This document shows positions 19,921-30,385 of a stretch of DNA of 64,000 nt, in pieces. Position 1 is the first letter of the stretch; every line of letters starts with the position of its first letter. The position numbers and the translations under genes are program-made. The notes under the pieces were generated by a model. It was not told where the DNA came from, made no database searches, and saw only the letters and a list, made by a program, of their open reading frames with translations. Source of the DNA: an uncultured Thermoprotei archaeon (GTDB taxonomy: Archaea > Thermoproteota > Thermoprotei > Thermofilales > B15-G2); NCBI GenBank assembly GCA_965367815.1, contig CBDUKN010000001.1, positions 96,001 through 160,000 on the forward strand, written 5' to 3'.

Positions 19921-19984
19921 ATAACTATTTCTGAAAACACTTTTAAAACACTTTTAGCTCACTTGAAGAGTATACGTGGTTGAT

Positions 19985-20719
19985 TCACTTCGTCAAAGTT
20001 AATTTCTCTTTTATAGTCTTTATTAATTCATCTCTACATGATTTTTGCTTAATTCTAGCTTCCTCTGAAACTTTTGCTATTACTGGCTTGATTTCACGTA
20101 CAAAATCTATTAACTCGGCGTCGTACCACTTCTTATAAAGACTTTTGAGAGCTTGAGCCGCGAGAACTACTGCTCTACCAACATTCGCGGCGTCTAACAG
20201 TACGTCTTCGTTTTCTAGCACGTCTCCCTTCTTATTGAAGTAAGCTAAAGCCCAGGGCGGTATAGCGAAGCCCATCGAGACTAGAGTCGCGTAAAGATTT
20301 GCTATTACCTGTATGCAGCCGCTGTCGTTTCCACACGCTATTACGCCGGCTACTCTTCCTTCAACCCAGCTCTTGCCGTCAATAAAGATCATGTTCTCAA
20401 AAGCAGTCAATCTATCGATAAAGGTCTTGACTACGCTAGACATGTTGAACCAATATATGGGCGTAGCAATTATTAAGGCATCTGCTTTCAGTACTTTGTC
20501 GTATAAAATCTTCATATCGTCTTCAATAGCGCAGGGATACCCGCAGGCAGTTTGTTCGTCGCAGAGACAGCCTTCGCAGGGCTTAATATCATAGTCGTAC
20601 AAGTGTACGAGCTCTGTTTCAGCACCCAGCTTTTCCGCCGTCTTTAGCGCGACCAACAACAGTTTAGCAGTATTACCATATTTACGCGGAGACCCATTAA
20701 TGCCGAGAACTTTCACCAT
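19985..20719 (-). CDS. iron-sulfur flavoprotein (Isf, flavodoxin-fold)
   Basis: GSPRKYGNT, CEGCLC...C...IEDDM, TPIYW; ATG at 20719 follows a GGGGTGA SD. Confidence 0.85.
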   Translation of the reverse strand: MVKVLGINGSPRKYGNTAKLLLVALKTAEKLGAETELVHLYDYDIKPCEGCLCDEQTACGYPCAIEDDMKILYDKVLKADALIIATPIYWFNMSSVVKTFIDRLTAFENMIFIDGKSWVEGRVAGVIACGNDSGCIQVIANLYATLVSMGFAIPPWALAYFNKKGDVLENEDVLLDAANVGRAVVLAAQALKSLYKKWYDAELIDFVREIKPVIAKVSEEARIKQKSCRDELIKTIKEKLTLTK

Positions 20720-20790
20720 ATTATCACCCCTAAAAAGCCTCTTTAGCAAATGAGCTACACAATATAAGTCTTACTAATGTAAATCTCCTC

Positions 20791-21417
20791 TTAAGTGCTA
20801 TGAGCATTCGAAGACCTCAACTTATATAGGAAGTAGACAATCACAACTAGAGCTCCTACGATAACAACGATATCCAGTAAATGAAAATATTTTTCTAAAA
20901 TAGTCCAAGAAGGCCCTAAGCAGTACCCAAGAAGAACTAAAGCAGTGTTCCACGGAATAGACCCGACTACTGTAAGTAGAATAAACTTACTGAGATTCAT
21001 TTTAAAAACTCCAGCCGGAAAAGAAATAACTGTGCGTACAGCAGGCATAAGTCTTCCAAAGAACACGGCGTAATCTCCGTACTTCGAGAAAAGCTTCTCC
21101 GCGTACTTTAGTTTATCTCGAGTTACTAGAAAATACTTACCGTATTTAAGAAGCATGGGCTTACCTACCTTTAATCCAAGGTAGTATGCTAGCAGAGACC
21201 CGAGAAGATTACCTAGTGTTCCGGCAATTACTGCTTCAACGACCATAATCACAGAACTATTAAGGTAGGCTACATAACCCGAATATGGCATTACAATTTC
21301 GCTAGGAATAGGCACTAAAGTGCTTTCAAGAGCCATAGTAGCAACAATCCCTAAAACCCAGTAACGTGAAATAAAGTAAACGAGGAATTCATGGAGTATT
21401 TTGACTAGGCTATGCAC
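20791..21417 (-). CDS. DedA family membrane protein
   Basis: ESTLVPIPSE, GRLMPAVRTVISFPAG. Confidence 0.9.
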   Translation of the reverse strand: MHSLVKILHEFLVYFISRYWVLGIVATMALESTLVPIPSEIVMPYSGYVAYLNSSVIMVVEAVIAGTLGNLLGSLLAYYLGLKVGKPMLLKYGKYFLVTRDKLKYAEKLFSKYGDYAVFFGRLMPAVRTVISFPAGVFKMNLSKFILLTVVGSIPWNTALVLLGYCLGPSWTILEKYFHLLDIVVIVGALVVIVYFLYKLRSSNAHST

Positions 21418-21464
21418 ACATTAATTGAGCTAACTGATTTATATTTCCAGCTCGCTAAAAAGAC

Positions 21465-22715
21465 ATGAGTCTTCCCACTATAAGAGGAGTCTTGTGGAGT
21501 CTCCCCTACTTAAGGAACGCTGTAACTAAAAGAGAGTCTAGCTGGGATCGAACAGGAGGCAATAGAGACTACATAACAATAAAGCCCGGAGACACAGCTA
21601 CACTAGCCAAAATCAAGGGACCGGGCGCAATAAGACACATATGGATAACGATTTCTTGTCCCGACAAATACTACTTGAGGAAAATTCTCCTGAGAATGTA
21701 CTGGGATCATGAGAATAAGCCTAGCGTTGAGTCACCTATAGGCGATTTCTTTGGAATGGGACACGGAATAACCAAACATTATATTTCACTTCCTTTGACC
21801 ATGACTTGCGACAAAGGCTTTAACTGCTATTTCCCTATGCCTTTCTTCGACTATGCCGAAATAGAGGTAGTAAATGAGTGCGATACTGAAGTCAGAGCAT
21901 TCTACTACCACATTGACTACGAGCTCTACGACAAGCTTGAAGATGAAATAGGACTGTTCCACGCAAAATGGCGGCGAGAAAAAACAGTAGCTCAGAAAAC
22001 TAAAGTGAACTTAACGGGAGAAAACAACTACCTCATACTCTATGCTGAAGGCAGAGGACACTACATAGGCTGTGTCCTAAGTGTACACGGCTTGAGACCC
22101 GGATGGTGGGGTGAAGGCGACGATATGATTTTCGTTGACGGCGAGAAATGGCCTCCGAGTCTCCATGGCACAGGAACAGAAGACTACTTCTGTTCAGCAT
22201 GGGGCTTTAACCGCGAATACTGGGGGCCCTACCACGGATTTCCCTTGTGGGGCAAGAGAAGTTGGCTAGGCTACCACACAATGTACCGCTTTCACTTAGA
22301 GGAGCCAGTAGTCTTCAAAAAATCCATTAAAGTTACCATTGAGCATGGTCATGCAAATGACCGCGCCGACGATATATCTAGTGTAGCTTACTGGTATCAG
22401 ACAGAGCCTCACATAGAGTTTACGACAATGCCTCCGCCCGAAGAGCGCATACCTCTTCCCGAAAGGAAGTCTAGCGAAGTACTTGAAGAAATTCTCAAAG
22501 AGGAGCTTAAGAAAGGTAAAGTAGAGGACTACGACCGATACTTCTACTACTTGTATATAGTACTTGAAGAGGAGCTTGGGTTAAGGGAGCCCGCTGCAAG
22601 TGTCCTCAGATTCATGTGGGATCTATTTGCGAAACTAGACAAGAGGCTGAAGAAAGAAGTCTTAGTAGACTTATACACTAAGGCTATTAGCATTCTAGAA
22701 GAGCGAGGAAAGTAG
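21465..22715 (+). CDS. GH172 (DUF2961) glycoside hydrolase with C-terminal helical extension
   Basis: SSWDRTGGNRD, GWWGEGDD, GTGTEDYF, IEHGHAN. Confidence 0.9.
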   Translation: MSLPTIRGVLWSLPYLRNAVTKRESSWDRTGGNRDYITIKPGDTATLAKIKGPGAIRHIWITISCPDKYYLRKILLRMYWDHENKPSVESPIGDFFGMGHGITKHYISLPLTMTCDKGFNCYFPMPFFDYAEIEVVNECDTEVRAFYYHIDYELYDKLEDEIGLFHAKWRREKTVAQKTKVNLTGENNYLILYAEGRGHYIGCVLSVHGLRPGWWGEGDDMIFVDGEKWPPSLHGTGTEDYFCSAWGFNREYWGPYHGFPLWGKRSWLGYHTMYRFHLEEPVVFKKSIKVTIEHGHANDRADDISSVAYWYQTEPHIEFTTMPPPEERIPLPERKSSEVLEEILKEELKKGKVEDYDRYFYYLYIVLEEELGLREPAASVLRFMWDLFAKLDKRLKKEVLVDLYTKAISILEERGK

Positions 22716-22746
22716 TCTCGAGCTAATTTATTTATATTTTTTATTC

Positions 22747-23772
22747 GTGAGCATAGTTGTGAGGAAAGCTAAAGTTCTTGTCACTAGAGAAATACCTGAG
22801 CCCGGCCCCTCTATTATTAAAGAATACTGTGAAGCTGAATGGTGGACTCGCGAAGAACCTCCTCCCAAAGAGTGGATAATAGAACACATTAAAGATAAAG
22901 ATGGTCTTCTCTGCCTGCTTACAGATAAGATAGATAAAGAAGTAATGGATGCTGCGCCCAACCTCAAGGTAATAAGTACTTACAGCGTGGGCTATGATCA
23001 CATCGACGTAGAGGAGGCAACGCGCAGAGGAATATACGTAACAAACACGCCCGGCGTGCTCACCGAAACTGTCGCAGATCTAGTTTGGGCGCTGATACTG
23101 GCTGTAGCTAGAAGAGTAGTTGAGGCAGACAAGCTTGTTAGAAGCGGTGGATGGAAAGTAGGCTGGCACCCCTGTTTCATGCTGGGATACGATGTCTACG
23201 GAAAAACTCTCGGAATAGTAGGACTAGGCAGAATAGGTGCTGCGGTAGCTAGAAGAGCTAAAGGATTCGACATGAAGGTTATTTACTGGAGCCGCAGACG
23301 CAAACCAGACCTCGAGAAAGAACTTGGACTAGAGTATAGAGAGCTCGACGACCTGCTAAGAGAAGCAGACATAGTGAGCATAAATGTAGCGCTCACTAAG
23401 GATACATATCACTTGATAGATGAGAGAAGACTCAAGTTAATGAAGAAGACAGCTATACTCATTAACACTGCGAGAGGAGCTGTTGTAGACGAAAAAGCTC
23501 TCTACAAAGCACTTAAAGAAAAGTGGATAGCTGGAGCAGGACTAGATGTATTCGAGAAAGAGCCCATACCTCCAGACCACCCGTTCCTAAAGCTAGACAA
23601 CGTAGTTCTCACGCCGCATATCGGCAGCGCCAGCCACGAAACGAGATCGAAAATGGCTGAAATAGCTGCCAAAAACTTAGTGTGGGTCCTTAAAGGAGAG
23701 AAACCGCTCTACTTAGTTAACCCAGAAGTAGAGAAAATAAGACCTCTCGGTCAAGTCAAGGTAATCGAGTAG
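22747..23772 (+). CDS. gyaR: glyoxylate reductase / D-2-hydroxyacid dehydrogenase
   Basis: SVGYDHID, GLGRIG, NTARG, DVFEKEP, PHIGS. Confidence 0.85.
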   Translation: MSIVVRKAKVLVTREIPEPGPSIIKEYCEAEWWTREEPPPKEWIIEHIKDKDGLLCLLTDKIDKEVMDAAPNLKVISTYSVGYDHIDVEEATRRGIYVTNTPGVLTETVADLVWALILAVARRVVEADKLVRSGGWKVGWHPCFMLGYDVYGKTLGIVGLGRIGAAVARRAKGFDMKVIYWSRRRKPDLEKELGLEYRELDDLLREADIVSINVALTKDTYHLIDERRLKLMKKTAILINTARGAVVDEKALYKALKEKWIAGAGLDVFEKEPIPPDHPFLKLDNVVLTPHIGSASHETRSKMAEIAAKNLVWVLKGEKPLYLVNPEVEKIRPLGQVKVIE

Positions 23773-23777
23773 CCTCC

Positions 23778-25250
23778 ATGTATTCTCTTGGAGTAGACTT
23801 AGGTACAACTAAACTTAAAGTTCTTTTGCTCGACATAGAGTCCTTTAGAATTATTCGAGTCGTAGAAGGATACTATCGCACTTATAGACCTAAGCCGCAG
23901 TGGGCTGAACAAGACCCTGAGGACTGGTGGAGAGTACTAGCGGAATGCTTGAAGAAAGTACCGGGGAAAGACTTAGAGAAAGTAGTTTCAGTAGGAGTAG
24001 TTAGTCAGAGAGAAGGAATAGTATTCATAGATAAAAGTGGAGTGCCATTAGACCGTTGCGTTATATGGATGGATAGACGCTGTACCCAAGAATCTCTCGA
24101 AATAGAGAAAGAATATGGGCTAAAAGAGATATATTATAGAACGAGGCTGAGGCCAGATGCTACTTTCTCTTTTCCAAAACTTCTGTGGTTCAAAAAACAT
24201 AGTCCGGAAATTCTAGAGAAGGCTGAAGTATATCTTCAGCCTAAAGACTACCTTGTTTATAGACTGACAGGCGAGTATACTACAGACTATACCTTGGCTA
24301 GCAGAACAATGATGTTTGATATCAGCAAACTGAAGTGGATAGATGAGTTTTTCAGCAAATACGATATTCCAAACAAGTTTCCCCGGCTCTACTGGTCTAG
24401 TGAGCCTGTAGGAGAAGTAACAGAAAATGCTGCACGCGAGCTAGGTTTACCTAAAGGAGTACCCGTAGCTGCAGGCGCAGGTGATAGACCCGCCGAAAAT
24501 TTCGGAGCAGGCGCGGTAAAGGAGGGAATAGTTGTAGAGTCTACAGGCACGACGACTAGCGTAAATTCGGTTCTCTCTAAACCTCTCTTAGACCCTAACT
24601 GTAGAATAATTGTCTCAGTACACATGGCTCCCGGGCGCTGGCTACTAGATACAGGTCTCTCTTCAACAGGGTCTCTCTTAGAGTGGGTAATAGATAACAT
24701 GTTCAGGGACTTTAACAGAGACGAGTTTTTCGAGAAAATAGACCTAGAGGTGTCTAAAATTCCCCCAGGTTCTGAAGGAGTAAAGGTAATGCCTTTCTTC
24801 ATAGGTGCTAGAGCACCTTGGTGGAAGCCTGTAGCCAGAGGAGGACTAATAGGTTTGCTCTTAGGTCACTCGAGATGGCACATAGTTAGAGCGTTAATGG
24901 AGGCTATAGCCTATGAAGTTAAATTAGTACTAGATATCGTTGAGAGCCTTGGAGTTAAAGTAAGTGAAGTTCGCTGTATTGGAGGAGGAGCTCGTAGCAA
25001 GGAGTGGCTTAAAATAAAGTCAGCGGTCTACGGAAAGAAAATAGCCGTACCTGAAGCCGAGCACGCGGCAGCATTGACAGCCGCTGTTTTAGGAGCTAAA
25101 GCAGCCGGTTTGATAAGTAGCCTCGAAGAATATCTCTCGAAAGTACAGTTAAAGTCATTAATGTCTCCTAGCGCAGACTTAGCTAAAGAATATAGACGCC
25201 TTTACTTAGAGTACTGTGAAATAGCAAAAAAATTCCTAAAATTTTTCTAA
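23778..25250 (+). CDS. FGGY-family carbohydrate kinase (xylulokinase-like)
   Basis: GVDLGTT, EQDPEDWW, WMDRR, GAGD, GGGARS. Confidence 0.9.
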   Translation: MYSLGVDLGTTKLKVLLLDIESFRIIRVVEGYYRTYRPKPQWAEQDPEDWWRVLAECLKKVPGKDLEKVVSVGVVSQREGIVFIDKSGVPLDRCVIWMDRRCTQESLEIEKEYGLKEIYYRTRLRPDATFSFPKLLWFKKHSPEILEKAEVYLQPKDYLVYRLTGEYTTDYTLASRTMMFDISKLKWIDEFFSKYDIPNKFPRLYWSSEPVGEVTENAARELGLPKGVPVAAGAGDRPAENFGAGAVKEGIVVESTGTTTSVNSVLSKPLLDPNCRIIVSVHMAPGRWLLDTGLSSTGSLLEWVIDNMFRDFNRDEFFEKIDLEVSKIPPGSEGVKVMPFFIGARAPWWKPVARGGLIGLLLGHSRWHIVRALMEAIAYEVKLVLDIVESLGVKVSEVRCIGGGARSKEWLKIKSAVYGKKIAVPEAEHAAALTAAVLGAKAAGLISSLEEYLSKVQLKSLMSPSADLAKEYRRLYLEYCEIAKKFLKFF

Positions 25251-25269
25251 AACCTAAAGTTTAATAGTT

Positions 25270-26070
25270 TTGTCGAATTATTTGCTTGTGCTCACTCAAT
25301 ACGATTTAATTATAGTAGATTTAGACGGCGTACTTTGGCGAGGTAAGGAGGTAATAGAAGGAGCAGTTGAGGCGGTCAACAAGCTAATGAAAACGAGTAA
25401 AGTCGTTTTCGCTACTAACAATTCTTCTAAGAGTCGCGAACAGTACTTAGAGAGACTTAGAGAAATTGGTGTTCACGCGTCTTTAGAGAATATTTTTACA
25501 AGCGCGTATGCTACAGCAGTTTTTCTTGAAAAAAAGAATCTGAGAAAAGTATATGTTGTCGGCGAAGCAGGACTCTTCTATGAGTTATCGCGTAAAGGAC
25601 TTCTAGTAGTAAATGAAGAACAGTGCTTTACAGGAAAAGTCGACGTAGTTATAGTAGGCATAGACAGGAACATAACTTACCTCAAGTTATCTGCAGCAGC
25701 TAATGCTATTAGGAAGGGAGCGCTCTTCGTGCTAACAAATCCTGACACAACATTACCTGTAGAAAACAGGCTAGATCCGGGAGCAGGGGCAATAGCGGCT
25801 GCAGTGGAAGTAGCTTCAGCTAAAAAACCGGATTACATTATAGGCAAGCCGAGTCCTCTTTTTTACGAAATTATATGTAGTGAAGTAGGTGAATACAAGA
25901 AAGTGCTCGTAGTAGGCGACAGACTAGACACTGATGTAATGTTTGCTAAGAACATAGGTGCCGATTCTCTTCTTGTTTTAACAGGAGCTACTCGTATGAA
26001 AGATTTGAAAGAGTCAAGTTTAAAGCCTACCTATGTATTAGATTCATTGGTACAGATTCTTGAAATGTGA
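25270..26070 (+). CDS. HAD-IIA phosphatase (NagD-like)
   Basis: DLDGVLW, TNNS, TNPD, GKP, GDRLDTD. Confidence 0.9.
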   Translation: MSNYLLVLTQYDLIIVDLDGVLWRGKEVIEGAVEAVNKLMKTSKVVFATNNSSKSREQYLERLREIGVHASLENIFTSAYATAVFLEKKNLRKVYVVGEAGLFYELSRKGLLVVNEEQCFTGKVDVVIVGIDRNITYLKLSAAANAIRKGALFVLTNPDTTLPVENRLDPGAGAIAAAVEVASAKKPDYIIGKPSPLFYEIICSEVGEYKKVLVVGDRLDTDVMFAKNIGADSLLVLTGATRMKDLKESSLKPTYVLDSLVQILEM

Positions 26071-27480
26071 TAGGTGGGGGGAGGGTCTGAGACTCCATGA
26101 TGAAGAGCTCCGCGTCATATTTTTTAAGTATCTTCTTTAACGGTTGAAGGTCTTTAATTAATTTCTTTTTGCAAGCTTTTATTAAGCACATGGTATTATA
26201 TGGAAAAATGATTTCTACAGCTTGCATCCTTAAGCGAGCGAAGAAGTCTCTTTAAAATTAAAGAAACCTTTATCGAGATAAGCCAGTTCAAAGTCTTTTC
26301 TTTTTGCTTTCCATCATGTTTCTAGTCTTCTTGACGAATTCTTTGTTTAGTCTACTTCAGGTTTATGTAGCTTTGCTATAAAGAGGTTAACATATATGAA
26401 GCCTACATTGTCTTTGTCTATGAGTTGCGAGTACTTCAAGTATCAGTCAATGTCCTCTACTAGAGATTCATAGTGTACTCTAAGTAAAAACATTGACTTA
26501 GAGATTTACATTCGCACATTCCATGCATTTTTATTCTTCTTCACAAGTCTCGTGAGGCGAAGAATCATTTAGTACTACTCCAATAGCACTGCCTTTGAGT
26601 ATTTCAGGTAGTAGCGATAGTCCTTGGACTCTCTTTCTGTTTGCTTTTCACTTAGCTTACAAAACTTGACTTGTCTGCATATACTTAAAGTAAATCACTC
26701 ATGACAACAATCATTGATAGTAGAGGCTTAGTGCTTTCCCTAAGAGATTACAATAGGAGAAGACCAGTTGGTGCCTCAGAGAGAAATATCTATGGTTTCT
26801 TAGAGAAAACAGAGAAAGAACTCGAAAAAGAACTACCAGTTAATTTATTTTCGTTAAGGAGCTTCAATCTGAAGGGCATAGATTAGGAGTATCTATACAG
26901 CCCTCTATAGGCTTAGAAAATTCCCTTATTCCTAAAAAGCTGTAAGAGAGAACTCTCCATCTCAGAACTTATATGCATAAAACACTTCTTGGCCTTATTA
27001 TCAAATAAGTCTACTTAACATAGGATAGTGGCTAAAGGCTAACTCTAACTTCTCTTATAGCTATGTTCTTCATAAATTTCTAAAGCTAATTCTATTTATG
27101 GGCTTATAACTAATCATCATATACTATTTGCTATTAGAAATATCATAAGCCTAACTCTAGCTATAAAATCTAGGAAGTATTGCTTTGCCTGTAAGGATTA
27201 TTCACTACGATTTTATTGTTAATTATGACTCTTTGTAGCCAGAAGAGGGCTTAGTTACCTCCTGAACTTAAAGTTTATACTTGTGCTTTAAATATAACTT
27301 TAGCGTAGCTAAGAAATCTCGAGAAACACTATAATAACGATATATCAACATATAGTACATTTTCTTAAAAATTCTCTAAATATTAGGCGATGAAAAAGGA
27401 AGGTCCCTTGCTTGACATAACATACACTATTTTATCTATATGCACGTTCAACTATCTCTAAGGCCTTACCGCTTTTAAGA

Positions 27481-28869
27481 TCAGTCAGCTTTTATACTGA
27501 AATGAGTTAGTATTTTTGGTAATGCTCTTAGAGCTTTAAAGGTTAATGTTCCTTTATTTTTTACAATATCTTTTATTACTCTCTTTGGAGATAGATAGAA
27601 TGAGAAGTATGCCCACTCTAATAAATATTGTATTCGATTAGGAGGAACGTACATATTTTTCATTACAACTTTTGTTGTAGTATAATTCCGCCAGTTCTTA
27701 GTTAATAAGAGATTCTTTGTAACAGCAATATTCCATAACTCTGTTCCTGGATATGGTGTAGCTATAGTAAACTGAGCAAAATCTACATCTAGAAACTTTG
27801 CAAAACGTATGGTTTTCCTCATGTCCTTTTCTTTTTCATATGGAAACCCTATTATGAATGAGCCTAATGTTCTAAGCTTAGCTTTTTTAGCTATTTTCAC
27901 TGCATCAATTGATTGAGTAAGCGTTATGCCTTTTTTTATAAATTTTAATGTTTTTTCCGAACCTGATTCTATTCCAAAATATATAGTATGAGCACCAGCT
28001 TTTTTCATATATACAGCAGTATCTAAATCGAAAGTATCTACTCTGCTTGAAGCTGACCAAGAAATATCTAGCCCTTCTTGTATTATAGCTTTAGATATTT
28101 CTTGTACCCTCTTTTTACTTAAAGTAAACGTATCATCTAAAAATTCTATCTCTCTAATTTTAAATTCATCATGTAAGATTTTTAATTCTTCAACAACTCT
28201 TTCTACACTATGTGCTCTCCATTTCTTTCCAAATTGTAGGGAAGAAGAACAAAATATACATTGAAATGGGCATCCCCTAGAGGTAATAATTACGCCAAAT
28301 CTTTTTTTATTGAACTGATACTTTTCCATAGGCAATAGATCAAAAGCTGGAATAGGTATATTATCGATATCTTTTATTAAAGGCATAGGAGGATTACTTC
28401 TAATTCTATTATTTTCTCTATATGTTATTCCTCGTATATTTGACAATTTCTTTCCTTTATCCAAATTATGTAAAAGCTGTTTAAATATTTCTTCTCCTTC
28501 ACCCCTTACTACTATATCAATATAGGGTGACTCTTTTAATGTAAGCTCTGGTACAAATGTTACATGGGGTCCTCCTATCACTGTTATAACGTTAGGATTT
28601 ATTCTCTTAGAAATTTCAGCAACTTTGTAGGCGTCAGGAATTGACGTTGTGGTTGAAGTAATTCCCACAACATCTGGATCATATTCTTTTATTTTTTTCT
28701 CAAGTTCATTAAAAGAAAGATTTTCAGCCAATGAATCTATTATCTTTACATCAAATCCCTCATTTCTTGCTACAGATGCTAAATAAGCAAGCCCAAGCGG
28801 AGGACTTACCGTGTTAAGTACCTTTTTTATATCTGTTGCTGTTGGAGGTTCGATCAACAGCACTTTCAC
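27481..28869 (-). CDS. cobalamin-binding radical SAM protein (class B methyltransferase-like)
   Basis: PPLGLAYLA, GGPH, SRGCPFQCIFC, GIESG, TPYPGT; visibly AT-richer than neighbouring genes. Confidence 0.9.
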   Translation of the reverse strand: MKVLLIEPPTATDIKKVLNTVSPPLGLAYLASVARNEGFDVKIIDSLAENLSFNELEKKIKEYDPDVVGITSTTTSIPDAYKVAEISKRINPNVITVIGGPHVTFVPELTLKESPYIDIVVRGEGEEIFKQLLHNLDKGKKLSNIRGITYRENNRIRSNPPMPLIKDIDNIPIPAFDLLPMEKYQFNKKRFGVIITSRGCPFQCIFCSSSLQFGKKWRAHSVERVVEELKILHDEFKIREIEFLDDTFTLSKKRVQEISKAIIQEGLDISWSASSRVDTFDLDTAVYMKKAGAHTIYFGIESGSEKTLKFIKKGITLTQSIDAVKIAKKAKLRTLGSFIIGFPYEKEKDMRKTIRFAKFLDVDFAQFTIATPYPGTELWNIAVTKNLLLTKNWRNYTTTKVVMKNMYVPPNRIQYLLEWAYFSFYLSPKRVIKDIVKNKGTLTFKALRALPKILTHFSIKAD

Positions 28870-29588
28870 TCACATAACGCCATTTTTTAAAAATTCTTGG
28901 ACTAGTTTATATAATTAACTTCCTTGGTTTTAGATAGAATACTTTCCATGCAACGTCTATGTACTTTTATATTTAAGAGACTCAAAGCTCGAGCTAATTT
29001 TCACAGATGAGCAGGTAGTATAAGTGTTCTACTAGCGTCAATAACTCGACCGGTAAAATACATTACTGCAGTCTTCTCGATGCTTAATCTATACCTGTAT
29101 TACTCTATTTCCTCTATGAGGTGCAAAAGCGCAAGTGTATAACTTTTTAGCTTGTAGAAAAACAGCTCAGCTTCTTGAGTCTTAGGGGCACTGAATAGCT
29201 TGAGCTTATTTATATCTTTTTCCATGTACAATACTAAACTTTATGTCGTACTTCTTACTCTTAGTCTCAGACTTGCTTAGTGCTCTGGTATATAGATCCT
29301 TGTTATTTCTAACATGTTTTCAAAGCAAGTGTGAAAATCGTGACCAGATTACGATCCCCTTACAAGTACGATAGCTCTAACGGTAGAATGAGAAGTCTAG
29401 GACTTAGCATAGTGTTCAGGGTTTATGAGCTTCGAGGCTTTTCTATCTTTAAAGACATAGCTTACGTGACACTAGCTGTCCTTATTTCCTAGGATTACTT
29501 GGCTAAGGTCGTATACGGCGGAGACCTGAGGTTCCTAGAGACCTATTAATCTCAGAACAAGCTTTAGTGTATTTCATGCTTTATCTAG

Positions 29589-30323
29589 TTAATACTGTTG
29601 TATATTGTTGATTTTATTTTTCACAGTATAGTAGATCCTTTTTCTAAGCCTACCTTTACTCTCGTATTTGAGTAAAATTATTTCACCTATTTCACTTGTA
29701 TTCGCTACATGTGGTCCTCCATCTGCTTGAATGTCTACGTTGGGTATTTCGACTATTCTAAGCTCCTTTACTTGAGGAGGCATGCGTGAAAGCAGCTTAA
29801 CTACTCCTGGTATCTGTAAGGCTTGTTCTCTTGGAAGGAAGTAGATTTTAACCTCTATGCCTTTCTTGGCTATTTCGTTTGCTTTAAGCACTACTTCCTC
29901 AGCTAGTAGTCTACTGAATTTTTCTACTGTAAAGTCTAAACGAGACTCTTCTACGCCTATAGCTCCGCCCGATATCAGTGCATTATATTCTTTGTACATT
30001 ACTGCCGCTAAGATGTGGGCTGCAGTGTGCATTCTCATAATAGTGTATCTTCTTTCCCAGTCGAGCACTCCTTTCACTATGTCTCCTTCGCTAAAATCTA
30101 GCTCTTTTTCGAGGAAGTGTACTACTTCGTTTCCTTCTTTACCGACTTTAATTACACGGTATTCTTTATCTCCATGAATAATTACACCTGTATCGTAGGG
30201 TAGACCTCCTCCTCCTGGGTAAAACGCAGTTTTATCTAAGACTACTTTATTTTCAGCTATTTTAACTACTTTTGCTTTAAACTCTTTTACATAACTATCC
30301 TTAAGGTATAGGAGCTCAGTCAC
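29589..30323 (-). CDS. alaXM: alanyl-tRNA editing protein AlaX-M
   Basis: GTG start at 30323 (VTELLYLKDSY); FYPGGGG, RMHTAAH, DGGPHV. Confidence 0.9.
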   Translation of the reverse strand: MTELLYLKDSYVKEFKAKVVKIAENKVVLDKTAFYPGGGGLPYDTGVIIHGDKEYRVIKVGKEGNEVVHFLEKELDFSEGDIVKGVLDWERRYTIMRMHTAAHILAAVMYKEYNALISGGAIGVEESRLDFTVEKFSRLLAEEVVLKANEIAKKGIEVKIYFLPREQALQIPGVVKLLSRMPPQVKELRIVEIPNVDIQADGGPHVANTSEIGEIILLKYESKGRLRKRIYYTVKNKINNIQQY

Positions 30324-30385
30324 GAATAAAGGTCGGCTAAAATAAATAAATGGTTTACGTGTTAATAACTTAGGTTCCGCTAAGT

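Noticed and set aside
26027-26886. Short ORFs 26027-26227 and 26701-26886 as IS/transposase remnants
   Set aside because: No transposase motif, terminal inverted repeats or target duplication seen; left as unassigned debris.
29006-29018. GATGAGCAGGTAG shared with the C/D candidate near 54807, and TCAAAGCAAGTG near 29320 shared with 54831
   Set aside because: Short matches 300 nt apart with no box geometry at the 29 kb site; treated as probable chance matches.
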